A DNA stretch of 64,000 nt from Laetmonice hystrix. Its lineage: Eukaryota. Numbering within the stretch: position 1 is the first letter of the stretch; every line of letters begins with the position of its first letter. The position numbers and the translations under genes were made by a program. The notes beneath the pieces were generated by a model. It was not told the origin of the DNA, ran no database searches, and saw only the letters and a program-made list of their open reading frames with translations. The DNA lies in assembly GCA_965235115.1 (NCBI GenBank), contig OZ249436.1, forward strand, positions 58,590,001 through 58,654,000. Reading direction: 5' to 3'. This document shows, piece by piece, positions 1 to 12,612 of the stretch.

Positions 1-1416
1 ATTGTTTTCTGATTTCTGGGGAGATGTATGCTAAATAATTAATTTTCAATATGTGAAATCAGCATCAGGTATCTTAGGCGGAAATCAATGTTTCCTGATC
101 CCAAATATTCTGCATCCATGAGTCACATGTGCATTATTCATGAAGGTTACAGAAGGTGCCTCAGTGGGGTTGAACAGGCTGGTGGTGTCTGTGAGTTTCT
201 ATACCCTCCCTGCCCGGCATAACCCCCACCCCCACCCCCACCAGTCCGGTACGGCCGCCACACGTAGCTGCAGTAGTGCACCCCGTGTACCCAGGCCGTC
301 TGATTACCTCTCAATCCCCGACTTAACCAGCCAACCCACAACCCACCCAGGTGGGGACTCCCAGTCCCGGCCCGGCCTAGCTCCCCTTTGATCCACCAAT
401 ATTAATCCCATGCATTGTTGCTAGCACAGGGCTATGTGTTTATATCATTAGCATGTACATATGCCATGATAATCCTGGCCAGACAAACATGATTGTAATC
501 ATAAGGGCAAACAGCATGTAGCAGTCGGCAGCTGTGCGTTTCACGTCAAGCATGTAATGAGAGCTGACAACATAATGTGGTGCACAGAGAAAACGTCAAT
601 TGGAACACATTTGCACCTTTTTGCTGGAAATCATTCAAGTTTCACTTATTCAGAGTGTTTATTCTGTGCACCTTTTGAAAACAAACTAGGCCAGTGTTTT
701 TAACACTAAAATCGTGGCAGGTCTAGAGTGGCCATTAGATACTTTCTGTGAAAAGTCATCAAAGAAGGTGGAACGAATGTTATGTTGATAAAGGCAGAGT
801 TGGCAATTGTTAATAATGAATTTCTATGGTGATTATAATTCTCCAAATGTCTCGAACTCAATCAGGCAGAAAATAGGCAGACCTGTTTATTTATTCATCC
901 AGAAATAAATTTGTCCATTCATCATTGATGCACGTCATCGTCCAATGAAATTCGTTCTGGGAAGGTTTGCTGACTACTATTTACATCCTTCCTTGCTCAA
1001 AAGGAGTTCAGTAAAAAAATCTTTTGTTATTTGAACCCACCACAGGAGAGGTAATGTATAACCACGTGGGGAAAATCATTGCTAAGTTAATTAGTGGAAG
1101 ATGACACCTACATGCAGGTTTAAATGGTTAATTCCTAATAAGAGACACAATCCAGCAATACTGCACCAATGATGTTAATAATAATGGGTAGGTTAATAAT
1201 GTTAAGTGTGGCGGTTAGTGAGGGAACAATGGCAGTCCACAGCCGACACGGAGAGCAAGGAGAGACTGTGAAACCCGATCACTGCAATGTTTAATGACAA
1301 CCCTCCAGTAACAGTTCTCTCTACTGGGGCTTGGCATAGGCGGCCAGGACCACCCACATGCACTGCTACACACCTAATAAGGCACGGCAAACAGCCTACC
1401 CTTACTATTGTGTTAC

Positions 1417-1491
1417 CTTGTCGATGGTCGACTCGTGCATCATGAATCTCAGCCGTATAAATAATACACACTGTTCAGCAACATCCATCAC
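1417..1491 (-). CDS. Putative 75-nt internal coding exon (VMDVAEQCVLFIRLRFMMHESTIDK), product unknown
   Basis: Minus strand reads tgtatgtattgtcag|GTG...AAG|gtaaca. Only the phase-0 frame is open; the other two frames stop within 6 codons. No homology recognised. Confidence 0.45.
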
Positions 1492-2393
1492 CTGACAATA
1501 CATACAGTGAGGGACAAACCGCTGCAAGTGTCCCATCGTGTGGCTCTTCGCACTACTTGTGTGTGCATGCTATTATCATGTTACAAATGTATTCAATTTA
1601 GTCCAATTTATTGAAAGGTGGTATCTTTCTATAATATATACTCAGACATATCCATTGCTCCATTACGTATGATTATATTGGACAAAAGTAAAAAAAACTA
1701 TAATCACTGCAGGAAGCTGTCTTTGTTTACATGTAGGTAAAGGAAAAGCTCATTATTTTAGACCATGCGCATCTTCCCAGAACAACTGAATCCGAATACC
1801 TTAACAACATTTGAATATTCCAGTAAATCCACGTGCTGCCAAATTCACCGGCATTTCACAACAGACTCATGATGGTAGTTACTATCGTCTTCGTTTCATA
1901 TACTTGGAATGGGATTAAAGTTTTAAAAAATGGCATTCCTCTGTAACATCTCTTTGCATAATTGGATTATCTTGGAGTGATTAAACATGGCATTGAGTAG
2001 ATAACCGAACCCCTAAGCAATCTTTATCTTTCACAAGAATATTGCCGTTACAGACATATTAATATTACACCTAATGACGTGGAAGGGTCACCATAGGTGG
2101 CACTTTATGACTAGCCTGAACCGGTAAGTGGTCCCAGAATTAATTGCCGGTTCTCGATTCGCATGAATGGATGCATGATGACGATTGAAAGGTTGTAAGA
2201 CGTGGCAACCTGTTTTTCCAATCATTGTAATATGCAAGTATCCATAAACCGGAGATGAATAGATAACTTAATGCAGCGGTGGGTGTGAGGGAACGCATGC
2301 ACAAGTCCCGTTACGGCGAGGGCTGCCTTCTCTTTGACATGGTGCCAGGTATTGGGGGCGCTGCATGCAACAGTCGTGAAGCGGCCACCTGCG

Positions 2394-2395
<2 letters not shown>

Positions 2396-2449
<54 letters not shown>
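2396..2449. repeat. (CTG)18 microsatellite (CAG on minus strand)
   Basis: 18 uninterrupted CTG units counted directly. Confidence 0.98.
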
Positions 2450-5230
2450 ACCACTGACCACTGGTAGGATGAGACCGGCTGTTGCCAGGAGAACAGCCCG
2501 GCTGGCGATCCTACATCTCCAATACCACTGTACTCTTCATCTCGTATAACGTGGCAGCTTTCGAAGTGATTACCATACACCGTGCCATTTAGATCTAATT
2601 AATTTTAATACACATTATGATGAATGAGTCATGCACATGGCCAGGCAACATATTACAAAGACCCGTACCGCTGTCAGTCTGTGTTGACTAGGTTCAGCAT
2701 TGAAAGAACACTAAAACAGCATTAGCCGGAGGATACGCAGACAGCTATAGTGTGTTATTTCAGACCTCGTACAAATGTCATAATCATTAAACATTAGTGT
2801 ATAAAAACGACAAAAAATAATTTTTGTGCAGTATACAATAATCCGAACGCAGACCCACAATATGATAGTCTGTATCATAAGATTGTATATGTTATTTTCT
2901 AGCTGTGTCTGTGGCTTAATTGAATATCAATGATGACACAAAAGCGTGTGCTAAAGCCTCGCAAAGGGTCATTCAGCAATGGGGCCGTGTATATGTAGGT
3001 CGATGGGCTAGTCGGATAGCATAGCAGTTGTACCTGAAGTATTGGAACAAAAATTTAATTCAGCGGCAAGGCCTGTGCCACTTCATTTATCTGACTGGAC
3101 GGATATTTCCCCTGGAGAGATTTCCCACCGGACTCTTCAAATGTTGCCTTCACTAAAGACGTTTTACATATGTACACGGAAAGTGCTTTTGTGCGAAGGG
3201 AGAAGATCCCATTGTTATTAAGCATGCATGTTCTTTTTACCTCCAGCTTTAAGAAGGGTTGGAACTCTATAGCCTTCACAATTATACGGTGGCATAGAGT
3301 CATCCCCAGTTTCCACTCAGACTGAAATTACTCGTAATCGTACATGACGATTGAGTGCCACCTGATCTTCCCGTGTCTGGTGCTGCAGAAACTCGGAACG
3401 GTTCCGAACCCACCTGCGTATGGTCGGCTTACACAGACATGGTAGTACAGAGTCCCTCATTCAGATTCACAGACATGCACCTAATTTAGATTCGGTATTT
3501 TCCCAGGTTACAGTCCTTTGAGGACTATGTCTTGTATTTCTTTGTACTTTAATCTGTCAGTATTGACAAATGCGATTACCTTGAAACGCACTGGTTACAT
3601 GCGTCACGGAACACGGCAAATAGTAACTTGGTTAAGTCATCGCCGGCACTGGAATTACAGCTAGAAAATCCCATCAGATGAGCTGGGATGGAATCGGATT
3701 GAAGGTGCTGTCATGACAGTCTGGGTTCATATTCCTGTCATGAGAGGTAGGGGTTTTGACCGGACCTGCCTCACTACCTCTGATGACCGACAGACAGCCG
3801 AGCGGAATGACCCAGGCTACTTGACCCAGTAGATCAATTTGGACGACTTGGACAGAGTTACGGCCACAACAGAAATGAAAAACGGCCCGTAATTGGGTGG
3901 AGGCGGTCAGTACCTGTGACCGGCCATGTCACCGTGATGAGGAGGGCTGACCGGCGCCATCAACAGTCATCGTAAAGATTGTTCTTAAGATTATCACCCA
4001 TCCGTCCACCTTTCTGGTCTATAAATTGTACAAGAGCTCTCCGGATTTGTTGCTTGTTGACGGATTTATTTGACTGTACGTCAGGAAGGAAACGTCTATG
4101 ATACTGTCAGTGATATTTCAGAGAGATATCAGCTGTTTGTTTATATACATACCAGCGTCCAACGAGATCTATTGGGTCGACAACCAACAGCCCCTATCTT
4201 CAAAGTCATTTGAAGCCCACTCGCCCTTCTACATTGAATTGCCTAACATAGTTACGAAGCGGAGCCCCTTATCGAAGAATACATTTCTTCTTTTACTCGG
4301 TTGAAATAAATTTCATAAGGTGAAACAGACGGCAGATTTATCGTGTCCATTTTTTTGGTTATGATGTGTTCTGAAGAGGACCTGTGCGTAAATCTACTTT
4401 TGCCTTTTTGCAGGCATAAAACCATAATACATCACAGTCCAGCTGAGGGTATGGATTATCTTGAGTCCAGATTTCTCTCGCATCCTTTTCCGACTATCCT
4501 TCATTGACTGCCCCCTGGGGCTTCTGCCCGCTGTGCAGGACCGTATCCTAGCAACCGCTGTTCAATCTCTGTCTTTAAAGGGAAAGTCTGGTGCAGTTTC
4601 TCCATAGCCTTATAATTGCTTCAGCCAGAAGAGCAAGGGGACAAGTTTTCCCGCTACGAGCATAGTGATGTACAGGCCCAGCTTAGACTGTTTGCCGTTG
4701 ACTGACTCCATTGATGCACTGCAGTTAGCCAACACTGCGACAGAATGCGGGAGCCAAGCTTAAAGTGGCTCCGTAATTAAAGGTACACAATGCCTGCCTC
4801 TGTACGGCGGCTGGAACCTGCTTTAAACCACTCGGCTAGCACCACTTCAGAACAAGATGACTTTGGCAAATTTGCTTCTGACAAGATGTTGAGGGATTTG
4901 GAGTCGGTGACAATTTTGGTAGGGTGTTTATCCAGGCGAACTGGTGTGACAGCACTGCCCCGACCTCGGCTGTCCTTCCAGACTCAGAGCAGCCCGAATA
5001 CTGTCGAGTGTTCAGACAGCAGATGCCCTGGCAAGCTTTCCCGATGCACGTTATGATGGCAGCTGGAATTGCACGTCTGCCACCTGAACTTACATCAGAA
5101 CTAGAGGCAGCTTGCCAACATCCGGCCCGCCAACATATCAGTGAAAGCCCTACAGGAGTAGGTATAGGTGATGGTGTCCAAAACAAGCCAAATGGTCACA
5201 TGAGCCGGGAAGCGAACATCGCCGAGTGCC

Positions 5231-5320
5231 AATTTCTCCAGAAATATTGTTTTATCTTGCCAGTGTGTCAAAGAATTTCTCCAGAAATATTGTTTTATCT
5301 TGCCAGTATGTCAAAGAATT
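5231..5320. repeat. 43-bp direct tandem duplication
   Basis: aatttctccagaaatattgttttatcttgccagt(g/a)tgtcaaag occurs at 5231 and 5274 with one mismatch. Confidence 0.95.
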
Positions 5321-6920
5321 ATTAACTAATTCAGAGTGAGTGGTTTTCATACACCTGCCTTTCTTAAAAGAAAGAAGGCACACACCAACATAATACATCT
5401 TGAATTTCATATACGAAATAAATCTGGTAGTAATATTCATTGACTTAATTACTGTACTCCAATGACATTGAACATGAGCGTTAGACTTTCCTATCGTTGT
5501 AATGGTCGTATTTCCGGTTGGCTTGCAGTAGGGTTTAATGGAGTAGGGTGGGGCTTGATTCATATCTTACATATTGATTGTATAGATCTAAGCCTGCCGG
5601 TAAGATTGGTTGGACATGAGACCACGCACAGCTGGTTACGTCAATACGGCAGGAACATTTATATCCAGAGGCTTTAACACGACCTGAACGTCTATACAGC
5701 TGGGATGGTTGAAATAGTAAACTAAAGCTACATCTTTATTACGAATACAAATCTATTTTTGTTGCAATCTGCGAGCCAAATGATGAACCGTCCGCCCCGG
5801 TGTTTTACAATGTATGTAAGTAGTAGGTGAAGAGTAGGATCGTGATGCACAAATCGTATAATATTTACCCTGTAGGATGGGAACGGCCCCCTGTATAACA
5901 CGGGTGAAGTGGCTGTATTTACCCTGGAGACTGCATCTCCGTTATCAGGCATCATAAAATTTGTGTTGTTGTCTTCTCTGGGTTGGAGCAAGACGTGAAC
6001 TTTCAATATCCGTAACCCCTGCTTGGATGTGATGGAAAGTAAACCCCGACCGACTCTGCATCTATAGACATGTTTGTACGAACAGCCGCCCGTCTGGTAA
6101 TATTGTTCTATTCTTGCCAGCACTTTTTCATTTGCTACAATAAACAATGCTTTCTTGGATAGACTGGAAAGAACCGAATGGTTCTATCCAAAGGCATGTT
6201 GTTTATCGTAATAGGCAGATGGTTCGGTTTTGTTCTTAAACATCACGCCGAGGTATAAAAACTGAGGATGGATTCTGCCGCGTTCTTTGCACTTCAGCAG
6301 GAGAAACGTCACAAAGTTTTTGTGTGAATTCCTCGTTTCTATTGCCACGTCTATATGGTTATGACGTCACTCAGCCCTGACCGTGTGGACCATCAGACAA
6401 TTGTGCGTTTAAACGTTTGAGACAAAGCCCATCAACTGGACGTCCACTCCGGGGTATAGACAACCTATTACGTACTTGATAACTTAGTGTGCACATAAAT
6501 TTAAGATTACATGACATCGAAAAGAATCTCTCGCGTCGTTTCCATCACAAACAACGTGGGTACTTTGCTTTGGTAGCACTGATAATGTGGAATCTCCTCA
6601 ACTGATATATCGACGAGTGTACATTTAAACTAAGTATACAGTCAAGACATACGTAAGTATAAGTGAGTTTGAACTGAGACAGAAAGACGCGCCGATACAA
6701 GACGCCAGGCGGCGCTGTATTACAGCCATCTACAATGACTCTTGTGGCTTGCCATTTCTCCCCACTCAAAGGTTCCCCATGGAGCCTAGCGTATTATAAC
6801 ATGCAGAAATACAAAAGAGCACTCCTCCTGCCAGCACAATGGTGGAACAGCGACCCGACGCTGCGAGAGGACCACCGTCCTTGCTGCAGCGGGGAGATAG
6901 CTGCCTATGATCGTGCTCAC

Positions 6921-7040
6921 CTTTGAGAGAGAATGGCGACGTCCTAGTCGGCCCAGCCATCTTGTCCTGCTGGGTCGGTTTACAAGGAATCGTTCACCCA
7001 ACATTGACAGGCCCTTCCTCGAGTGACGACAGTGATACAT
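6921..7040 (-). CDS. Possible 120-nt exon (MYHCRHSRKGLSMLGERFLVNRPSRTRWLGRLGRRHSLSK)
   Basis: Strong donor AAG|gtgagc and open phase-0 frame, but the acceptor (ttgatccag) is weak and no homology was recognised. Confidence 0.2.
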
Positions 7041-8806
7041 CTGGATCAATTTACATGGTTCTAATGTCTGCCCTTCCACAAACTTTACATTTCCCCCCAG
7101 AAACTTTACGGTGAATTCATAATGGGAACCTGAAGTAATTGGGCTAATGACACCATATGTTTAAATTAGCATTATATATTCCGTGTCGTGGACCACGACG
7201 AATACCATCACATGAATGCCTGCAGTGTCTGTGATGAGGCAGATAATCTGGACTTACAGGTCCAACTCTATCATTCAGTTCTTATAAACAGTTTCGAGGC
7301 CCACGCCATCGCTGTTCGTAATGAATCACAAATCAGGTCTCTTTATTGATCCGTAGAGACTTTGTAAGATGTAGTCAGGATGTAGTCAATATCATATACC
7401 TATAAAGCCATTCTGGGTTCTGAAGTCTATGGTGTTACAAATCAGATTAGATCAGTGACAAGGATGACTGCAGTCTTCAAAATATTCTGGAAGCATTAGC
7501 CTTTGCGGGTTTTTGTGGTTTCAATATTTCTGCTGACTTATGTGACTTATTTCCTCCTTTTGCTGCGATAACTCAACCAATAAATATAAGGCTGTTCTAA
7601 TGAAACAGAACCTAGTAGAAACCCGGAGGTGAGGGTGTCTTGAAAAGACCAATAGCTCGGCTGGCACGACTTTCACAATGGTTTGCTTGGAACCGAAGGC
7701 ATTGCTCTAATTTCCTATTTTTGCGACAGCTAGAGACAATGTGTTCTGATTAAATTCGTTCTTCATCTGTTGCTTCACGCAGATTTCTCCATTGATTGTC
7801 ATAATGGGGGCTCTATGCACACATAATGCATGGTATCATTATGAGAATGTTTACTGCCTCCACTCTTCATCGAGATAATCTCAGAGAGTGACAAATTGTC
7901 GAGACAAAAAGAAGTTCACAATGGTGATGAATATATATTGCGAGTAGAGACAAGTCACAGAGAGTATCGGATAGATAAAGATAGAGGATATGGTATCTGG
8001 TATGATGTACCCTGTCACATTCACAACTTTTTCTCCTTATACGAACGTCATCAATTATTGACTACAACCATGCCGCCAATAGTAGTGTGTTAACAGTGAT
8101 TAGTTATGACTGCTTCACATGGCTGCACATTATGTATGGGCCCATCATCAGGCAGGGCTGCGTCTTCAATATAGCACAGGATTGATATTTTTCATTCCAC
8201 ATGGAGCCTATCTAATAATTGGATGGTGCATGGCTCCGTGCTCTAGGATTTAACGTTCAGGGATAATTTTCTGCATCTGTTTTTCCCGGACTCTAGTTTG
8301 CATTGAACAGATACTAGTGTAACCGATATTTCGTCGGGTGAATTGTAGTGGTTCATATTTTATTTTCATTGACGCCTCAATCGCACTCAGCGTAGTCACG
8401 GTCTCTCAAAACAAAGCATATTTATAGGGAAGCCATTCTAGCCATGCCATGTGAATTAATCAAACTCATTCTTTCTGGCACGCCTAATCACGATTTTAAT
8501 TTGGGCATTTTCTACGTGAAGGAGTATCATTTGCCACAGCTTTGCATGGGCTGTGCCAGGTCAGTGTGTGTCTACACTCATTTCCCGCCGACCACCTACT
8601 GAGATTGGCCCATCAACCACTAGACCCACCCCTATCCTATCTATGGGCCCGCCACTGGTTCCTTCTATAGTCATTCCCACAGAGAACGGACATTTTTCTT
8701 ATTCCGGTAAAACGATAATTTTATGGCTCATTACTGAGGTAGTGAAAGAGAATTGAATGGCACGCTTGCTGCAGCGCACACGTCTCCGATGGAAGGCCAT
8801 AAACCA

Positions 8807-8831
8807 GGGGGAGGGGGAGGGGTAGACAGGG
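8807..8831 (+). other. Canonical G-quadruplex-forming motif
   Basis: GGGGG-A-GGGGG-A-GGGG-TAGACA-GGG fits G3+N1-7 x4. Folding is not demonstrated. Confidence 0.55.
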
Positions 8832-10637
8832 CGGCTCCTCAGTGTACACTTAACACATGACTTGCGCTGTTCTCTTGGGAGTTGGTCCCAGTGACAAATC
8901 TGCTGGTTTCTTTTCTAATCCGGGAGGAAAGTTGTAATAAGTAATCGGGCATTGTTTTCACATTCATGTTCCATTTCATATACATGTATTCACATATTAA
9001 TGTATTTCTTGATGCATTCGTATTCACCATCTCAATTTATCATTTGTATTGTTTAATATCATATTGTTTAATAACTCTTCATAGAATGTGGTCAAATTTT
9101 ATTTACACAAAAATAAGTATTTCTTCAGTAAAGTGATCATAATCAAACTGTCTAAAGATATTTCCATACGTATTGAAACAGACTTTCTGTGACTCATTTA
9201 CATGATAATCAATCTTTGCCACAAAAGCAATGGCATGGGGAGTTTAATTAGATATCCTTGTCAACAAAACTGCATTGCGCGACATATTTATGAACATCTG
9301 AGGCGGTCGTTTAATGACAAAGAATCCAAAAACACTTTCTTATTACTCCCATTGCGGTATGATTTACCGTTTCTCCTAGTACGTATGGGTTGCAAGAAAA
9401 GGGATTCATTTCTCAACCAAGTTGGCTGGTCTAAGAGTGGTAGGTTTAAGAAATACGTGGTAAGTTTTTAACACGTTTACCGGATTGGCGCAGCCGTCTT
9501 TAGTCAAAAGAGCAAGAAATGCCCAGCAGAATATCGTCTTGAAGATGACTGAAGGAAATAATGGACTTGCACCAGGGACGATTTTTCAGAAAGAGGATTA
9601 TTTTGTTTTCCGTTTCAGATGAATATTGCTGGCGCTCGATCAACACGCCTGTGTTTCATATCATACTTTTTATTGTTTAAAATGAACGGGAGAAAGACAA
9701 CACGTATAAGGTTTCTAATTATAGCAAATATCTGTCTCCAAACTAGTTGTGTATGTTTTACAAGTTAGATTCAGCATGGGTAATGTGTATAGGCTATAGG
9801 TATAGTTGTATTACTCCAAACGACACATACCTGCAATCAGAAGAAAATAAACTTAATTAGTGGAACTGACAATGAAATGTAATGCTACACCTAACTCGGC
9901 ACATCAGAATTCAACCTTGAACGATTTTCCATGTCTATGATACAGTTTTTCATCAGTTCTGGAGAGGTAATTTGGTATGCCTGTTGGTCTTTTAAAAGTT
10001 TCCAGATCATGAATGCTGTACGTGTTTATATGGAAGTGGGATGGCACTCAGTATATGGAACAAGCTATAGGTGTCCGATGTATGTAACGTAACAGATCTT
10101 AGCGGTGTAGGGGATTGCAGTCTGTCCGCGTGGTTGATGTTCTTTAGTTAAACCAAATAATGGGCGATTGCTCGGTTTTATAATTTGATTTGCCACAGCA
10201 GCGTGGCAATTTCTCGTAATGGATTGTGGTACACTTGAGGTTTTAAGATATCATAATTAGTTTGGCTTTCTTCTGTGGTGCATCTGATCAGTACAGCTAT
10301 CTCTACTCATACTGGGATATTATGAAACGGGGACAAGAACACAAGCATTCATCGTACATGCCATTGCGTTCAGAAAATTAGGAAACGCAATTTGAAATTG
10401 ACGGGACTTCAAACAGGTTCAGTGAAAGGTCTCTTTCAGAGGAATGCGTAAAAGGGGCGATTATCCTGTGCGCCAAAAATCTCGAACTGTTGATGCATTA
10501 ACACGTATGAAATAGACCCTTCATCAAATGATGCTGACAGTAATCCCTACTTCAGGGCTCAAGCAGCCCCACTATTGTCAATGTGGCTGTGAAATGAAGA
10601 CAGAATGATCCTTTTTGTTCCTAGCCTGCCGGCTTAC

Positions 10638-10743
10638 TGTATCAATACAGGCAAAGGCAATCGGTACATCAGGGTCCACAGTGAGGACAAGAGATTGTCT
10701 TGTTGGTTGGAACCCAACACAGGCCTGGTAAACCTCATCCTCG
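10638..10743 (-). CDS. Possible 106-nt exon (EDEVYQACVGFQPTRQSLVLTVDPDVPIAFACIDT)
   Basis: gaacag|C GAG...ACA|gtaagc with an open, protein-like frame. The polypyrimidine tract is weak and no homology was recognised. Confidence 0.3.
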
Positions 10744-12376
10744 CTGTTCGATCAATACACACAGCCACCGCAAGTTTCGGCAAAATGAAGCATGATCCCA
10801 GAGGCAAGGCCCACAATAAAGAATATTTTACCTTTTTATTTTAGCCGCTATACAACTATCAACCATGATTAGGTGCATAATCATGCTGCAGCAAAAAAGA
10901 CGTGGAACAGTTCCAGTGCACACTAATGGGGTGTAAAATGTAAGTAGGAATGATGATAAAAGGTGAAAATGCCTTTATGTTCATGCATGAATGATATTTA
11001 CCTGAAAACGGTGTATTACATGCACAGCTTAATAATGCATTAGGCTTGCTAATGCCCACCATCCTTATAAGGGGAGGGGTCTTTCACCAATAATAGACCA
11101 TCCATTCCATGCAGGAAATGACCGTGATTGTGTTCATTTTGTGAGGGTGGTGTGCAAAAGTTATCCAAATGAAGTGAGCATCAGCCGGTGGGTGCCGCCA
11201 GGCAGTGCTAGAGTGGTGGCAGTGCAGACATGTGGCGTGCGTGGACGGGTGTTATGTCAGATATGGTGGGAGGCCTGATTGAATCTGATGTGTTGTGAAG
11301 GTTGTCACACAGCCGTGTCTCCCTCAACTAATGGCTTGTCCGGGGATATAGGCGGTCCGAGGCCCTCGCTTCCGCTCCCCTCTCAAATCGGCCTCTTTTG
11401 GAGCAAATAACCTCTGCTAGAAGGTGAGCGGGCGGTAAATATCACGTATTAATCGAGAGAATTTACATGCAGGAGCAGAGCTCGGATCATTCAGGTCGGA
11501 CATCTATGTCAGTTGGTCTTCTTGGGTATAGGTAATAAGCAGGTCATGAGAAATTGAGAATTTTCTTTCTCGCAAATACTATTCGGGAAGGCATACACGG
11601 ATCTCTTTATCCATGCTAGAGTGAGTGCTAGAGGACACGCTCCTCATACTTGTACATCAAAGTAAGAGTTCATATGTCCGATACCTGTGCAAATAGAAAC
11701 ATGGTCGGATGTCTCATACAATTGCGCAGACCACCTGATCATTTCCGTAGTGTGTTTGCATTTTTTTGGTCGTTAATGGTGTTGTTTTCTCGTTAGCTAT
11801 TTGGAACCGTTTTAATAGTCTCGGAGACCTTTCTCTTTTAAGAGTTAAGGGGCTCAGGTGTGGTCCGTGGGTAATATCTCAGCAGGTAACCGTGTAGCCA
11901 TCAGTCGAGGCTACTTTATCGCTAGAGACTTCCTTGAGGTCCATTCCAATTAAACTGGTACCAGATTGATGTTAACTTGATACCCCTATGTACACATCCC
12001 CTCCTCAGAAACCACTCCCTTGGGACAAAGAACCATTATTGTAATGATAGACTGGAAAGAAAATTACCAGAGCTTCATTATACCTGTTTTTGTGTTTGAT
12101 AGAGTGAACAAAACATCGTCGGTCTAATAAACATCAAAGGCATAGAATATCAAGATGGGTGATATATGCTTAAGAATGTATTAGAAGTCGGATAGAAAAA
12201 TTTTTTTTTCTTTATCTTGCATAAAGTAATATGTTTTTCCCTGGCATATCTATCAGTTGGGGTTGGGCTTCCTTTTGGGCTTCCGTGTAACAAACACAAT
12301 CTGTTTCTTTGTCACTAATAAAAATATTAGTTTGAAGGAAAGGAATTGGCGACATTGAAAATATATGTACCTAAGC

Positions 12377-12612
12377 AGGCCTCACACGGGAGCGGTTTTA
12401 AAGGCCCCAGCGCGGTTTTGAACAGTGATGAACCTCAATGACATCCCCGAGACACAGTGAGGATGTTCGGCATTAACCGCCACCTAGTTTTTGAAACCGC
12501 GGTATTTTCAAAATGTTTGAAAATTTCACGGCGGTTCTCCAAACCGTGCATCACTGACTTGCTGCCTCGTTGCTGCCTTGTTGTCACCTTTCACAACCCT
12601 TCAGAACCGCTT
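12377..12612. mobile_element. Degenerate palindromic MITE-like element (possibly Harbinger-type non-autonomous)
   Basis: Imperfect inverted arms gagcggttttaaagg (12390) and ccttcagaaccgctt (12598), plus a central near-palindrome ttttcaaaatgtttgaaaa (12505-12523) flanked by aaccgc/gcggtt. The superfamily is inferred. Confidence 0.3.

Noticed and set aside
579-749. CACAG...CTGTG ends suggesting an EnSpm/CACTA-type MITE
   Set aside because: Inverted match is only about 10 bp and there is no direct target-site duplication.
5728-6147. 139-aa minus ORF as a gene or Polinton integrase start
   Set aside because: No recognisable domain or catalytic motif, and no convincing splice boundaries; competing plus-strand reading requires a very short intron.
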